Positions 49,737-61,526 of a stretch of 64,000 nt of DNA are shown piece after piece. The position numbers and the translations under genes are program-made. Where the stretch lies: contig NC_083237.1 of NCBI RefSeq assembly GCF_032191835.1, positions 66,836,001-66,900,000 of the forward strand. The letters run 5' to 3'. Under the pieces are notes generated by a model. It searched no databases. It was not told the origin of the DNA and worked only from the letters and a program-made list of their open reading frames with translations. The stretch is from Heteronotia binoei (Eukaryota). Each line of letters starts with the position of its first letter. Position 1 is the stretch's first letter.

Positions 49737-49961
49737 GGGAGGGACGGTGGCTCAGTGGTAAAGCATCTGCTTGGGAAGGAGAAGGTCCCAGGTTCAATCC
49801 CTGGCATCTCCAAAAAGGGTCCAGGCAAATAGGTGTGAAAAACCTCAGCTTGAGACCCTGGAGAGCCGCTGCCAGTCTGAGAAGACAAGACTGACTTTGA
49901 TGGACCAAGGGTCTGATTCAGTATAAGGCAGCTTCATATGTTCATATGTTTTGTTCATATG
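49737..49961 (+). mobile_element. SINE family A, full length
   Basis: Complete head, body and (TTCATATG)n tail. Confidence 0.88.
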
Positions 49962-50384
49962 AAGCTGTTTCTCCCTACCAAGGTCAGCAGCTAATGAAGC
50001 ACAGATAACCATCTGGACTCTAAGAAGTGGGAGGGAGTGGGTCCCGCCAAAAGTTGCAGTTGCTTTGTGCGCTTTGCACTTGAATTATAACAGCTGGGGC
50101 GAGGGGATAAATAGAGAGCCACTGAGCTAAGACGTTAGTCTTAGCAAAGATGATGTACTGCCTTATGATACCTGGAATAACCCACTGAATTATTGGACTG
50201 TGTTATTCCTTGACTCGAGGTCCTGACACTATGCTGTTTTCCTGAAGAAATCCCTCTGTTCCAACTCTAAATTGCTGTACTGGAGAAAAAAACAATTTTT
50301 TTTCTGTGTTTTCTCTGAGATGAGTAGCAGCTATAATGCTAAAGGGGAAAGGCAATAATTTGAGAGTTGCCTTGTATTATAGAA

Positions 50385-50780
50385 TCACCATTGATCACTA
50401 GATCAGTTCCTCTGGAGAAAATGCTAACATGGGTGGACTCTATGCCAACACGTTGGGTTCCCTCCACTCCTGAAACCCTGCCCACCTACTCCCAAGTCTC
50501 CAGGAATTTCCTACCCTGGAGTCGGCAACCCTAAATAGCAAGCTTTTTCATACAAATCAAGGAAGTGTATATACACATGCTATGGTTGCCAACCTCAAGG
50601 TGGAGCCTGACGTTATCCAGGAATTATAACCAATCTCCTTGCTACAGAGACCAGTTCCTCCGGAGGAAATGGCTGCTTTGGAGAGCGGACTCTCTGGTTT
50701 TATACCCTGATAACATCCCTCCCCTCCCCAGGCTCTACCAAACTTCCAGGCCTTTTCCTAACCTGGGGGTGGCCACCCTA
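50385..50780. mobile_element. Two adjacent Tip100-like MITEs (one partial)
   Basis: Termini GGCAACCCTA at about 50533; TATGGTTGCCA...GGCCACCCTA at 50581-50780. Confidence 0.6.
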
Positions 50781-51939
50781 GTGGATCACATGGTCATGAA
50801 AAAGGTGGAGGACAGCCTGGGGATGTTAGAGGTGCTGGTGCTCCCATCCAGAGCAGAGCTGCAAGTGCAGCTCCCTCTTTTGCATGGTAAAGAGAGAAGC
50901 TGCTGCTCTTCCTTTAAAGGGGGGGGGGGAGAAAAGTAAGCAAGTGAAGACACTCTCAGATGATCATGGAGCCCCTTGAGTTGCCTGGAGAGCTACTGGT
51001 CCCTCCCTTCTGCCCACCCTGTTCTGAAGTATTCAGGCAAGATTCTAAAGCAGAAATTTTTGAATGGGCACTTGGAACTCCTTGATTGTCCAGATCTCTG
51101 AGGACTTGTAGGGCAAGCATTTTTGCTGTATCCTGTGGACACGTTTACATTTTTTGTTACCTTCCTTGGGTCTCAGTGTCAGAGTGAAAAGTGGGCTTAT
51201 ATTCTAAATAAATATTCTAAACAAATAGAACATTTCCTTCTTTTACCCCCTCCTTTCAGGTAGACAGGGCAAGATTTACAGTGCTGTGGAGTAATAAAGA
51301 TTTTTTTAAAGGGAAACAACCGAGTGCAAAGATGACTCCTGTTGAATTCTGGAGTTCCTTCTCCTATAGATACCTCACAGGCACACACGCATTTTTGGAT
51401 TTTGAAATAAAACGGAATGCCCAAATGCTTTCTGCAAACATCTGCATTTGTTCTGATTGCCTTTCTCAGAGCTAAAGTACAGGACCCACAACCCACTGTA
51501 GAGAACTTAAGTCCTGTTCCGCTGGTCATAAATGTATAGCATGATATCGGCCATACACGTGGCTGCTGCTCTCTTCCTCCCACCCTCCTCAGCCCTGATG
51601 GGAATATTGCTGGACAGTCTGGTGTGCTGGGCCAGCTTCGCCTTCTGCACATAGTTTAGAAAGGGAGGAAGTCTTTCTTCAAGCGATGCATGATGGCCCC
51701 TTGCCTTTGCCACAAGATGTTCCAAAAGACAGGGTTCAGAAAGGGCTGGTCAGGGCAGGTTTCTTTGTTGGACCGAACCTTGCCGTTCTTGGTCACTGAT
51801 CTGCGCAAGAGGTTCCTTCTGGGCCCCAGCAGCAGAAGCCAGAGGGATGCGCAGAGGGCGCTTGGGGCACAAGGCTGGGGCCCTGGGTGGGGGTTGGAAG
51901 GGGCTCCAGCGGCCCTCCCTCTCCAGCTGGGACCCGCTT

Positions 51940-52870
51940 CAAGAATTCGGGCTGGGTTCAGCGGGCGGCGATGGATGGAGAAGGCGCGCCTGGCTGGCCC
52001 GGGCCGGGCGCCGTCCAAGCGGGGCTGCAGCCTCAATGCAGGGAGGCGAGGCGGCCTCTGCAGCCTGCACGGAGGCGCGGGCGGGCGGCCCCGAAGAGGC
52101 TCCTCTCGCTCGGGAGGGTCCTGCAGCCGCCGCCGCGCCGTCGAGGGCCGAAGCTGGAGCCGCGGTTGGAGCCTGCGGAGCCCCCGCGCGTCCCCTGCGC
52201 CGCCTGCTCCCCTCCCTCCCCTCCCCTCGCTGGCGGGCTGCAGCGCAGGCGGCGTCGGAGGGACGAGGCGGGCCCGGCTCCTTTGGCTTTGGCGCCCCCG
52301 CCCGCCCCCTGCCGACGTGTGCCTCCTTCGCCTCGCCGCGCAACTTCGCCGGCGGCTCCCTGCAGCCATCGCCCTCCCGAGCTGAGACCGGCCCGGCGGC
52401 GGCGGCCCCGACGGCTATGCCCGCCCGGCCCCGGCGCGCCCTGCTGGGCACCCTCCTGCTGAGCCTGCAGCTGCCGCTCGGCGCCCTCCTCCTCCTGCAG
52501 CCGCCAGGTAGGGAAGGGGCGCCGCGGCCTCCCTTGCTGGAGCCCCCGCGCCGCGCTCTTGTGGCTCGCGAGCGGCTTGCAGTCGGGCCTGGCCTGGCCT
52601 GGCGAACGGGCACTGGGCGAAGAAGCCCCGGAGCCAGCCAGCCTTGCAGCCCGCAGCTGCTGCGCTTGGAGATGGGGCCCCCCAGCCCCGACGTGGGGAC
52701 TCCCCCGAGCCAGAAGTGGTCAGTCTCGCCCCCCTTTAGGCTGGCTGGCTGGATGCCCGCGCGCGAAGTGTGCAGCCTTGGCGTTTCTTGGGGGGGGGGA
52801 ACGTTTGACCTGCCCCAGCTCCAGTGTCTGTGAATTCCGTGGCTCAGGCCAAAGAGACGGGGCGGGGCGG
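51940..52870. promoter_or_regulatory. CpG island / promoter around MRC2 exon 1
   Basis: Very GC- and CpG-rich block with GC boxes enclosing the signal-peptide exon; boundaries approximate. Confidence 0.85.
52417..52507 (+). CDS. MRC2: MRC2 exon 1 (91 nt; signal peptide MPARPRRALLGTLLLSLQLPLGALLLLQPP)
   Basis: ATG, basic n-region, Leu-rich h-region; donor CCAG|gtaggg in phase 1, matching the next exon. Confidence 0.8.
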
Positions 52871-53854
52871 AGAAGATTCCTGCAGATCAGGAATTGGCTT
52901 TGGGGGGAAGATGAGGAGTGCAAAAGTGCCAGTGCCAGGAAGCGACCATTGGCACATTTAGAACCCCGACCCTTGTGGCAAAGGTCTCCCCCCCCCCCCT
53001 CCAGTGCCGCCCCAGACCCTGCCTCCAGCTAGCCTGTGAACTGCCTGTGCATCTCCCTTGTGTGTGTGTTTGTGTGGGGGGGGGGGCAATTGGAGGGACA
53101 AAGTAAGTAAAGTTCTCATGGAACACTGAAGGTCCCTGTGGCAGTTTAGAATTTGGGAGACAGGTTTCAGGTTCCTTGCAAAACGTTAAGAGTTCTTCCA
53201 TATGTTTTCATATTTACAATCCTTTTAAAAAAATTAAAAACGCCACAGATGTGTGAATATGTTGCACTCCAGGTGGTTTGTAGGCTAGCTTTTGAAGATC
53301 TTTCCCCCCAGCGGGAAGGGAGCAGTTTTTGTGACTTTTGTGCAAAGGGGTTATCTAATTTGTCCCTTAAATTAATTTGGGAGGCTGTACGGTTGAAGGA
53401 ACCAGCCACCCCAGACTTGCCTTTACAGGCAGGGCTGCCAAGACCCATTGTTGACCAAGCAAGAGCTACCATCTCCCCCCACAGCCTTGATTCAAACTAA
53501 ACATTGTAATGAAACAAATCACTTGGCTTGCTGTTACCATGAATCCCTACTAATGAAAGAATCGGCAGAATTGGCAGGGATAACTCATAAAAAAAACCCA
53601 AAGCTAGGCGACTCAGACTTGGCTGCCAGCTTCAGGATGGTTGTGAGAGTTCCAGGCCCAAAACAAAGGCAGGGAAGTATCCAGTCACCCCTCTGTGCTG
53701 TTAGCAATGGAAGCCAAGGGTGTCTGTGGTAGGCCAAACTCATCAGAAAAGAATGCTGCATATTTGAAAGCTGGCCACCGATCCCAGAGTGATGATGGTG
53801 CCAAAAACAAAGAGAACTTAGACACCCTGAACCAAGCTTTCTGTAGGAGAGGGG

Positions 53855-56275
53855 TTTCGGTAAGTGTGGTTCCCATTTTTCTCTGTTGCATGGGTGCAAT
53901 TTGATTGGCTATAATTTGATAACCTGCTGGCCCCGCCTTCCGCTGGTTGAGGCTTCTGTTATGTAAGGCTCCTCCTTGCCTGAGGCAGACCTAACGCAGT
54001 TGGGCTCTGAGAAGCAACAGGAAACAGAGCTGCTGGAGGTGTGTGTTTTTTCCTTTACCTTTCATTAACTGCTGAGGTCACTGTTTGGGAGGACAGTGGG
54101 TGTGGGTAGCTTGTGGGAGAGGCGGTTCTGTAAGTGTGGTTTCTGTTTGTCTCTGTTGCCTGGGTGTAATTTGATGGCTGCTCCCACTGCTGGGTGAGGC
54201 TTCTGTTGTGTATGGCTCCTCCTTGCCAGAAACGTGAGCTCAAGGCCACTTGCCCTGTGACTCTTAGCCTGGGGCCCTGTAGGAGGGTGACTAGCTCTTC
54301 ACAAATAGTTTTGGGAGACAGTTTGGCAGCAAGGTTGTCAGGGAGGTACAAGATAAGCAGAACTAATTTTGAAGTGGCTTTCAGCAGCATGGCTGGTGAA
54401 GGAGCAGAGGCAGTGATGTGCAAAGGCTGTGACATGTTTGTATTCTTACCTGAGGGTAATAGCAGTTACACTTCCAGCAAGTGTAAGTAGGTAGCCCTAC
54501 TGAGGCAAAGATACAGCGACTTGAGGCATGCTTGTCTACACTCCAGTTTATAAGGGAAAGTGAAGATTTCATGGAATCCTCTTAAAAGAGCAACAGCAGG
54601 AGGAGGAAAAGATGCCTTGATTAATAGAGGAGTATCCATCACAGGAGGAGGCTGCATGGGAAAAGGTAACTCACAGAAGCAGGACAATCAGAAGACATTC
54701 TGAGCTGCTGTTGCTAAGAAATTGGTTCCAGGATCCACCCCTCCCCCGATATTGATTCTGGACCACAGGAACAAAGGCGAGTTCCCCAGCCTCCAAGAAG
54801 GTTGAAGGAAATTTTTCAGGTCGTCATGGATGACAGGACTCGAACATCTGCTCCCCAATATAGGAAAAAGTGTGTGCTGGTAATTGGGGAATTCCTACTC
54901 AGAGGGGTACAGCCCAAAGTCTGCTGACTGGGCATCTCATATTAAGAGGTATGCTTTCTACCAAGTGTGCACATCCAGGATGTGGCAGAAAGGACAGGAA
55001 GACTCATAAAGCCCACAGATTATTATCCTTTCTTGCTGATCCATGTGGGAACAAGTGATGCTGCCGAGCACAGTGCAGAAGGTATTAAAAGAAACTTTGT
55101 GATTCTGGGTAAGAAGATGAAGGACCTGGGAGTGCAAGTTGTGTTTTCATCAGTTCTTCCTGTCAAAGGCCATTGCTTGGGAAGGGGAAAAAAAGAATCC
55201 TGTAAATAAATTACTTGCTATGTAGATGGTGCCATCAGGAAAGGTTTGGATTTCTGGACCATGGATTACACTTTCGAGATGAAGCTTTTTTTGTTGGGAG
55301 ATGGTTTGCACTTCATGAAGGCAGGAAAAATTGTGTTTGGTAGGAACCTTGCAAACCTAATAAGGAGGGCTTTAAACTAAATTGTATGGGGGAGTGAGAC
55401 AAAAATTCATAGCCTAGTTTACAATGCCAAAAACTAGAGGTAAGAATGCTAACATTTTGCAGGGAGAGGCACATAGGTTAGGTGTCAAGAACAAGACCCT
55501 GACAGTTATGGCTTTGGTGTCTCACTGCTGTTTGTATTGCTGGTGTTACTATCCTTGCTCATGAATGGCTTATTATTACTTCACTGTCTCTTAGCTTTCA
55601 TGATTTACTAACCACATGCCATAATTTTAATCATGAGCACTATACCCATTGATTAGGCATTTAGTAGTTTATGTGTAGTGGGATGTTCTAGGCCTGCAGG
55701 TGGAAGAAGACCGCAGGGAGACAGCTCTGATCTGGTCTCCCTGGACAACGCTGATAGGGACCAGCTGAAAAGGGAAGAGTACTTGGAATGTGACCTTGAC
55801 GGGAAGTAACACTGAGGCCTGAGAATGGTCCTTTTTTAAAGGATTTTTGGTGGGTGTGGGAAAGAGGGGAGCTTTTATTTTGTAATATATAATTCCCTGG
55901 TAGCTTTCAGTCTGGCAAATGCATGCCATTAATGTTTGCTTCAAGCCTCATCATTACAAGCTTTCTTTTGAACCAATCTCAAGAACCTCGTGATTGAACT
56001 TGGGCAAAGCCTTACAATAGGTGACATTAATGCACAGATAAGTACAGAAACAAAAACTTCAGGGAGCATAAAACATGGATTCCAGTATCTCTGCACTGAT
56101 GTGCAGAGTATGGGGAACAAGCAGGAAGAGCTGGAAGTCCTAATACAGGAAGGGGACTGTGAACTATTAGGCATTACTGAAACTTGGTGGGATGACACGC
56201 ACCATCTGAATATTAGGATTGAGGGATACAGCTTGTTTAAAAGGGATGGACAAATAAGGAAGGGTGGAGGAGTTA
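53855..56275 (+). mobile_element. CR1 5' portion: 5'UTR repeats, ORF1 (Zn finger plus SGNH esterase-like), start of ORF2 endonuclease
   Basis: CKGCDMFVFL...YTSSKC; FLLIHVGTSD, DGLH-like motif; SMGNKQEELE...LGITETWWDD...RKGGGV. Confidence 0.8.
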
Positions 56276-56590
56276 TAGAATAATGGAAGGGACCTCCAGA
56301 ATCATATATGCAGGAACTTCAAAAATGCCTTCCCTCCACATATATCCCCAGTGACCCTTACTACACATCCAGAAGATGGCAAAAATCTCCAGGATCCCTG
56401 GGGAAAGATTACTGCCTGACTCCAAAGTGATGAACAGCATTTCCCTGGGTGTGTAAGAAGGGGCCACGAGAACTAAGCACTGATGCAACGCTTCCTGTCT
56501 TCCTTCTCATGATCTGCCTAAGTTCACAGTACACAGAATCAGCATTGCTGTCAGATGGCCATCTAGCCTTGCTTATAAACCTCCAAAGAA
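56276..56590 (-). mobile_element. CR1 3' end, opposite orientation
   Basis: Homologous to 27371-27670. Confidence 0.7.
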
Positions 56591-56789
56591 CAGCCCTCTA
56601 AGCCGCCCTCCCTTGGGAAAGCAGGTGGTGCTCAGACTCAATGTGGGGTCTTCTCAAGGCTACACGCACAGAAGAAACCAGATCTTGGTAAAATATATGG
56701 ACAGTTATTAAATAAGAATAAGATAATAATACTAGGCAGCACAATCTTTACAGTCTTGCAGCAAGAAAATAAGAAGGCTAATGCTTCAG

Positions 56790-56907
56790 TCGAGAAAGGC
56801 ACTGGCAAACCACCCCATAAAAAGTCTGCCGTGAAAACGTTGTGATGCAACGTCACCCCAGAGTTGGAAACGACTGGTGCTTGCACAGGGGACTACCTTT
56901 ACCTTTT
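56790..56907 (+). mobile_element. Sauria SINE 3' fragment
   Basis: Matches 6760-6875, including the ACCTTT tail. Confidence 0.75.
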
Positions 56908-57149
56908 TAATACTTCAATACCTCCTATTAATGACACACTTTTTAAATATCACAGTCCAAGCTAGAGATTCAAACGTTATCTATGTAGCTGTCCCTTGCA
57001 ATGAGACTTGGCATAGTCAGAGCCGCTGTTCTGTAGACGGACAAAGTTAGCATGGCTTCCCTCTTGTCTATGGCTTAATTATAGTCTCTTGCCATCTTGT
57101 GTCAGGTGGCCCTTCACATCCAGTCAAGGCACTTGCTCACTGGAACCTT

Positions 57150-57225
57150 CCAGGGGTGCTGAACTCATTTGTTATAAGGGCCGGATCTGACATAAATGAG
57201 TCTTTGTCAGGCTGGGCCATATTTG
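57150..57225 (+). mobile_element. hAT left-end fragment (family of 15677-16310)
   Basis: CAGGGGTGCTGAACTCATTTGTTAT...TCTGACATAAATGAG. Confidence 0.6.
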
Positions 57226-57412
57226 GACCTATTTCAAATTAGTAGATCTATTGGAGAAATGAAAAACCAGTAAGTCTCCAGATTCTGATGACACAGGCCA
57301 AAGAGTTGCTAGGGGAATCGATTTCAAAGAATATCAATGGTCATAAGGGACTTTATTGATGAATTTTCTAATGGACTTAGATGTATATTTCTGTAAATTT
57401 TGACTTATATGA

Positions 57413-57630
57413 TGGCATAGTGGTTAAGTGTGTGGACTCTTACCTGGGAGAACCGGGTTCTTCTGCTTTCAGCTGCTGGATCTTGGGTCGGCCATAGCAC
57501 TCGCAGAGTGCTGAAAGGGCAGCTGCTGTGAGAGCCCTCTCAGCCCCACCTACCTCACATGGTGTCTGTTGTGGGGGAGGAAGGTAAAGGAGAATGTGAG
57601 CTTCTCTGAGACTGAGATCATCATCTTCTC
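57413..57630 (+). mobile_element. Squam3-like SINE
   Basis: Homologous to 21453-21757. Confidence 0.7.
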
Positions 57631-59271
57631 TATAATATCTTACTTAATTTGATGATTGATTATTATTATTGTCAGTAATTTGTGGGTTAAAACACCTGGT
57701 GTATTTTCAATCGAAAATTAATTTTTAATTCCTAAGTGTCCGCTGGGTTCTAGTCCTAGCTGAGTGGATATAAACTAGAAAAAGAGGGTGAAGGGAGGCT
57801 TGTGAAGGAGGTGGCTACAGAGGAAGGCAAGAGAAACCCCAAAGGCTTGTCTTCAATTTGGACCTGAGTTCAAATGCCTGAAGCCTTGCTCACTTCCATT
57901 CTTGCAGTGGATACAAATGCTGGTCACAGCCAGACGGTCAGGGTGAGTCAGGACTGCGGAGAACAGTACAAAAGCATTGCTATTTGCATCACTTCTCCCT
58001 CACAACGTTAATATACCTGCTTGGATCATTCCATTGTCTCTTGGAACTGGGCTGAGTGGGTGAGGGGAATCTCAGCATTTCCCAAAATCAACACTTCAGA
58101 CAGTCACGGACTGCGTATGAAATCTTCCAGTGGGTCAGTTTGAGTCCCGTTCCCTGAAAGGAAGCTGTGGGCGTGTGGAGATCTGCAGGGAAGGGAGGCC
58201 AAGGAAAGCCAGATCAGCTGGCAAAGAAAGTCCTCTTGCAGGCCTTGGAGAAAGGGGCGGCCTGTTTGTAGTGAGTTTGGTGTGACTTTGAAAGACATGC
58301 TAAGTGGCAAATCTTATTTTGTGGGGGGGATTAATGAATGCTGGGTGCATATTTAGGTGCGAGCTGAAGTTCATTGCTGAAGGACAAAGTGGGTATCAGA
58401 GAAATATAGGTCCCTTTCTCGTTGATTTGTTGCATTTTACTATATAATTTCCTGTAAGTTTGTTTGTACTTCAGTGCGGGCCTGCTGTGGGTGATAAGGC
58501 AAGAGCTGCAAGAGGTCCCCTGCAAAGCTTTTGCTGCCCTTCTCGGAATCCTGCAGAGGCTTTAATTTTCTAAACTCTCCTGTAGGCCGTAATTTTCTGT
58601 CCTGCTGCCTGTTTTTCGAGTAAACTGATCTTTTTGATCCTAAGCAAAAATCCTTTCTTGTCTGGGCAGCTTCCTGTGGTTTCTGAAGCCACATTACCAG
58701 GAACATGAAGGAATCTTGGTCAGGCTGACGGTACTTCCCTGAACTTCTCAAGAATGCCTTGCTGAGAGGGAATGATTCCTCTTCATCTCCCCCCAGCTAG
58801 GTGCCCAAAAAACAAAAGAAAAAGGGATCTTGACAGTTTTACTTTGCAACTTCACTTCTAAAACTGGAGGCGGTTGGCAACAAGGCTTCAGATTCAGTGG
58901 GAGCTCACAGGTCCTGAACTTTCTGAGAGTTCCACCTCCTTGTCCATTGAATAGTAGGTGCAGCTGCATAACAATCCCTAGATGAGCTCCACCACCTATT
59001 TTTCTACAAAATGACCGCTGTTGGCAACTATACCTTTTGAACTGGGTGGGAAGCCTTCCGTCCGCTAACTCAAGAGCCATGGCAGCAGCTTTGCTCCAGT
59101 CTGAGCCTCAGTCTTGAGGCCAAACTGTCTCACGGGTCACCCTGAAATGGTGAACTCAATGGGAGGGTGAAGAATTGCTAGGAAAAATTTTTTTAAAGGA
59201 AGTTTAACTTCCTTATCGACTGTGATGACAGCTTTCTCTGTTGACACTGACTTTGCTTTTGCTTTTTGCAG

Positions 59272-59679
59272 ACTCTGGGGTGTTTCTCATCTACAACAGT
59301 GAGCTGCCTGGCTGCTTGGAGACAAAAGATTCCCTAGTGAAGATTTCCAAGACCTGTAACACCAGCGCTCCAGCTCAGCAGTGGAAATGGGTTTCTCGGA
59401 GCCGGCTCTTCAACATTGGGACCATGCAGTGCTTGGGTGTCTCCTGGAAATCTGCCAACGCCAGCACAGCGAACCTTGCCCTGGCCACCTACGAGTGTGA
59501 CCAAGAGTCTGTCAACCTGCGATGGAACTGCCGGACCCTTGGGGACCAGCTGTCTCAGTCTTTGGACTCCAGGCTGGGAAACTGGTCACTGACTTCAGTG
59601 GAGAGGGGTGACCAGGCACGCAGAGGCCGGTGGAAGGTGTATGGGCAGGAGGACGATCTGTGCTCCAAGCCATATTCGG
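59272..59679 (+). CDS. MRC2: MRC2 exon 2 (408 nt; cysteine-rich ricin-B domain, WKWVSRSRLFNIGTMQCLG...CRTLGDQL)
   Basis: ttttgcag|AC...TCGG|gtaaag; motifs match MRC2/Endo180. Confidence 0.92.
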
Positions 59680-59920
59680 GTAAAGTCTGCAGGGCTGGGT
59701 GAAGTCCTGCCGTTCTTGGATATGGCCAAGCATTTCCCACAGACTTACTGTGCAAGGCACTCACGGAACTTAAGCTTTCATTTAAAGACAGTGGTCATTG
59801 GCCCTTCAGAATGTGAGATCTACTTTTCAAGATCTAGTCTAGCTTGTCTTGCAGCTGCCATCTCTTTGGGACTCACAAGCCAGGGCATGGGGGCGGCAGC
59901 TGTCTCTTGCTGCATGCCCC

Positions 59921-60285
59921 GAACGTAAGAACGTAAGAGAGAAGCCATGTTGGATCAGGCCCATCCAGTCCAACACTCTGTGTCACATAAGAGAAGCCAT
60001 GTTGGATCAGACCAATGGCCCATCCAGTCCAACACTCTGTGTCACAGAAGAACATAAGAGAAGCCATGTTGGATCAGGCCAAAGGCCCATCCAGTCCAAC
60101 ACTCTGTGTCACATAAGAGAAGCCATGTTGGATCAGACCAATGGCCCATCCAGTCCAACACTCTGTGTCACATAAGAACATAAGAGAAGCCATGTTGGAT
60201 CAGGCCAAAGGCCCATCCAGTCCAACACTCTGTGTCACATAAGAGAAGCCATGTTGGATCAGGCCAATGGCCCATCCAGTCCAAC
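59921..60285 (-). repeat. Tandem array of six CR1 terminal units (52-67 nt) with higher-order structure
   Basis: GAAGCCATGTTGGATCAG at 59941, 59993, 60060, 60119, 60186, 60245; reverse complement of the CR1 end at 12140-12204. Confidence 0.92.
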
Positions 60286-60331
60286 ATTTTGCCAAGGATT
60301 GTGTAAGTCCCCAAACTTTACTCACTGAGAG

Positions 60332-60485
60332 GGGCCAGTGTAGAGTAGTAGTTAAAGTGTCGGATTAGGATCTGGAAAATCGAGGTTCAAATTCCCACTC
60401 GTGCCCTGGAAGCTCTCTGGGTGACCTTGGGTCACTCAGCCTCACCTGCTTCACAGAGTGGTTGTGAGGACAGAATGGAGAGGAT
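60332..60485 (+). mobile_element. MIR/Squam3-like SINE 5' part
   Basis: tRNA-like head with B box GGTTCAAATTCCC; core GGTTGTGAGGACAGAATGGAG. Confidence 0.65.
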
Positions 60486-60697
60486 ATATGAACATATGAA
60501 GCTACCATCTACTGAATCAGACCCTCGGTCCATCAAAGTCAGTATTGTCTTCTCAGACTGGCAGCGGCTCTCCAGGGTCTCAAGCTGAGGTTTTTCACAC
60601 CTATTTGCCTGGACCCTTTTTGGAGATGTCGGGGATTGAACCTGGGACCTTCTGCTTCCCAAGCAGATGCTCTACCACTGAGCCACCGTCCCTCCCC
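60486..60697 (-). mobile_element. SINE family A, full length, abutting the older SINE
   Basis: Reverse complement of 49737-49961. Confidence 0.88.
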
Positions 60698-60903
60698 TAT
60701 GTCAGCCGATCTGGGTCCCCACTGGGTTCAGTTCTTGCTTTGGGCAGCTGGATGGTGCATTTCATGGCTGAGTCTTCTGTGGCCTGCAGCTGCCCACTGC
60801 AAGCCCAGAAAGAGTTCTGGCACGGAACCTGGTATTCTAGAGCTGTAGCTTTTGTTCCAGAAAGAGAACTGAAGTGCGTGGGCCATGCCTGGTGAATCGT
60901 AAG

Positions 60904-60990
60904 AGCCCTGTACCATCCCTTTCAAGTACGATAACCTTTGGTTCTATGATTGCACCAGTATGGGTCGTGAAGATTGATCACGTGAAGATG
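60904..60990 (+). pseudogene. Partial intronic duplicate of MRC2 exon 3
   Basis: 60904-60974 equals 61386-61456 with 2 substitutions; followed by TGA and a 10-nt re-duplication gtgaagatgg. Confidence 0.9.
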
Positions 60991-61352
60991 GCAGCAAACA
61001 TGGAATGAGGGTTCTGTGGAAAGCAAGCAAATCATGGCACATTTGCTGAATTTGAACCATAGTCACATTGCAGAACTCACCTTCTTTCGATACATGACTT
61101 GGTGCAGGATTTATTTATTTATTGTGGTGTTTATTTCATTTGTGCAGAATGTACACAGCCCCATCACATGCTGTGAAGCCAAAGGGGGGGGGGGGAACGG
61201 TGCCATTTGACGGATGAAGCAGTCCATCCATTATAAAGCATGAAGGATTAATTTAAAATGGGCAGAACTACAGGCTGTTGGTTGCCCAGCCTTTTGGTCA
61301 CATGACAGTAGAGGATGGCAAGTATAAGTCATACCTTCTCTCTTCTTTACAG

Positions 61353-61526
61353 AAATTTATACCATCCAAGGCAACTCACACGGGAAGCCCTGTACCATCC
61401 CGTTCAAGTACGATAACCTTTGGTTCTATGATTGCACCGGTATGGGTCGTGAAGATGGTCACCTCTGGTGTGCCACTACACAGGATTATGGCAAAGATGA
61501 GAGATGGGGCTTCTGCCCCATTAAGG
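61353..61526 (+). CDS. MRC2: MRC2 exon 3 (174 nt; FN type II domain YTIQGNSHGKPCTIPFKYD...WCATTQDYGKDERWGFCPIK)
   Basis: tttacag|AA...AAGG|gtaagt; near-identical to MRC2 FNII as recalled. Confidence 0.95.

Noticed and set aside
49737-49812. tRNA-like cloverleaf (also at 1-70, 5020-5091, 44860-44930, 44995-45064, 60625-60697)
   Set aside because: Acceptor stem does not pair properly and the sequence runs straight into a shared SINE body and tail; these are SINE heads, not tRNA genes
51656-52833. Long ORFs on both strands (191-328 aa)
   Set aside because: Ala/Arg/Gly/Pro-rich products expected from a CpG island; only 52417-52507 has a credible signal peptide and donor
58090-59080. Possible L1 ORF1 remnant on the minus strand
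   Set aside because: Only a vague motif resemblance across broken frames
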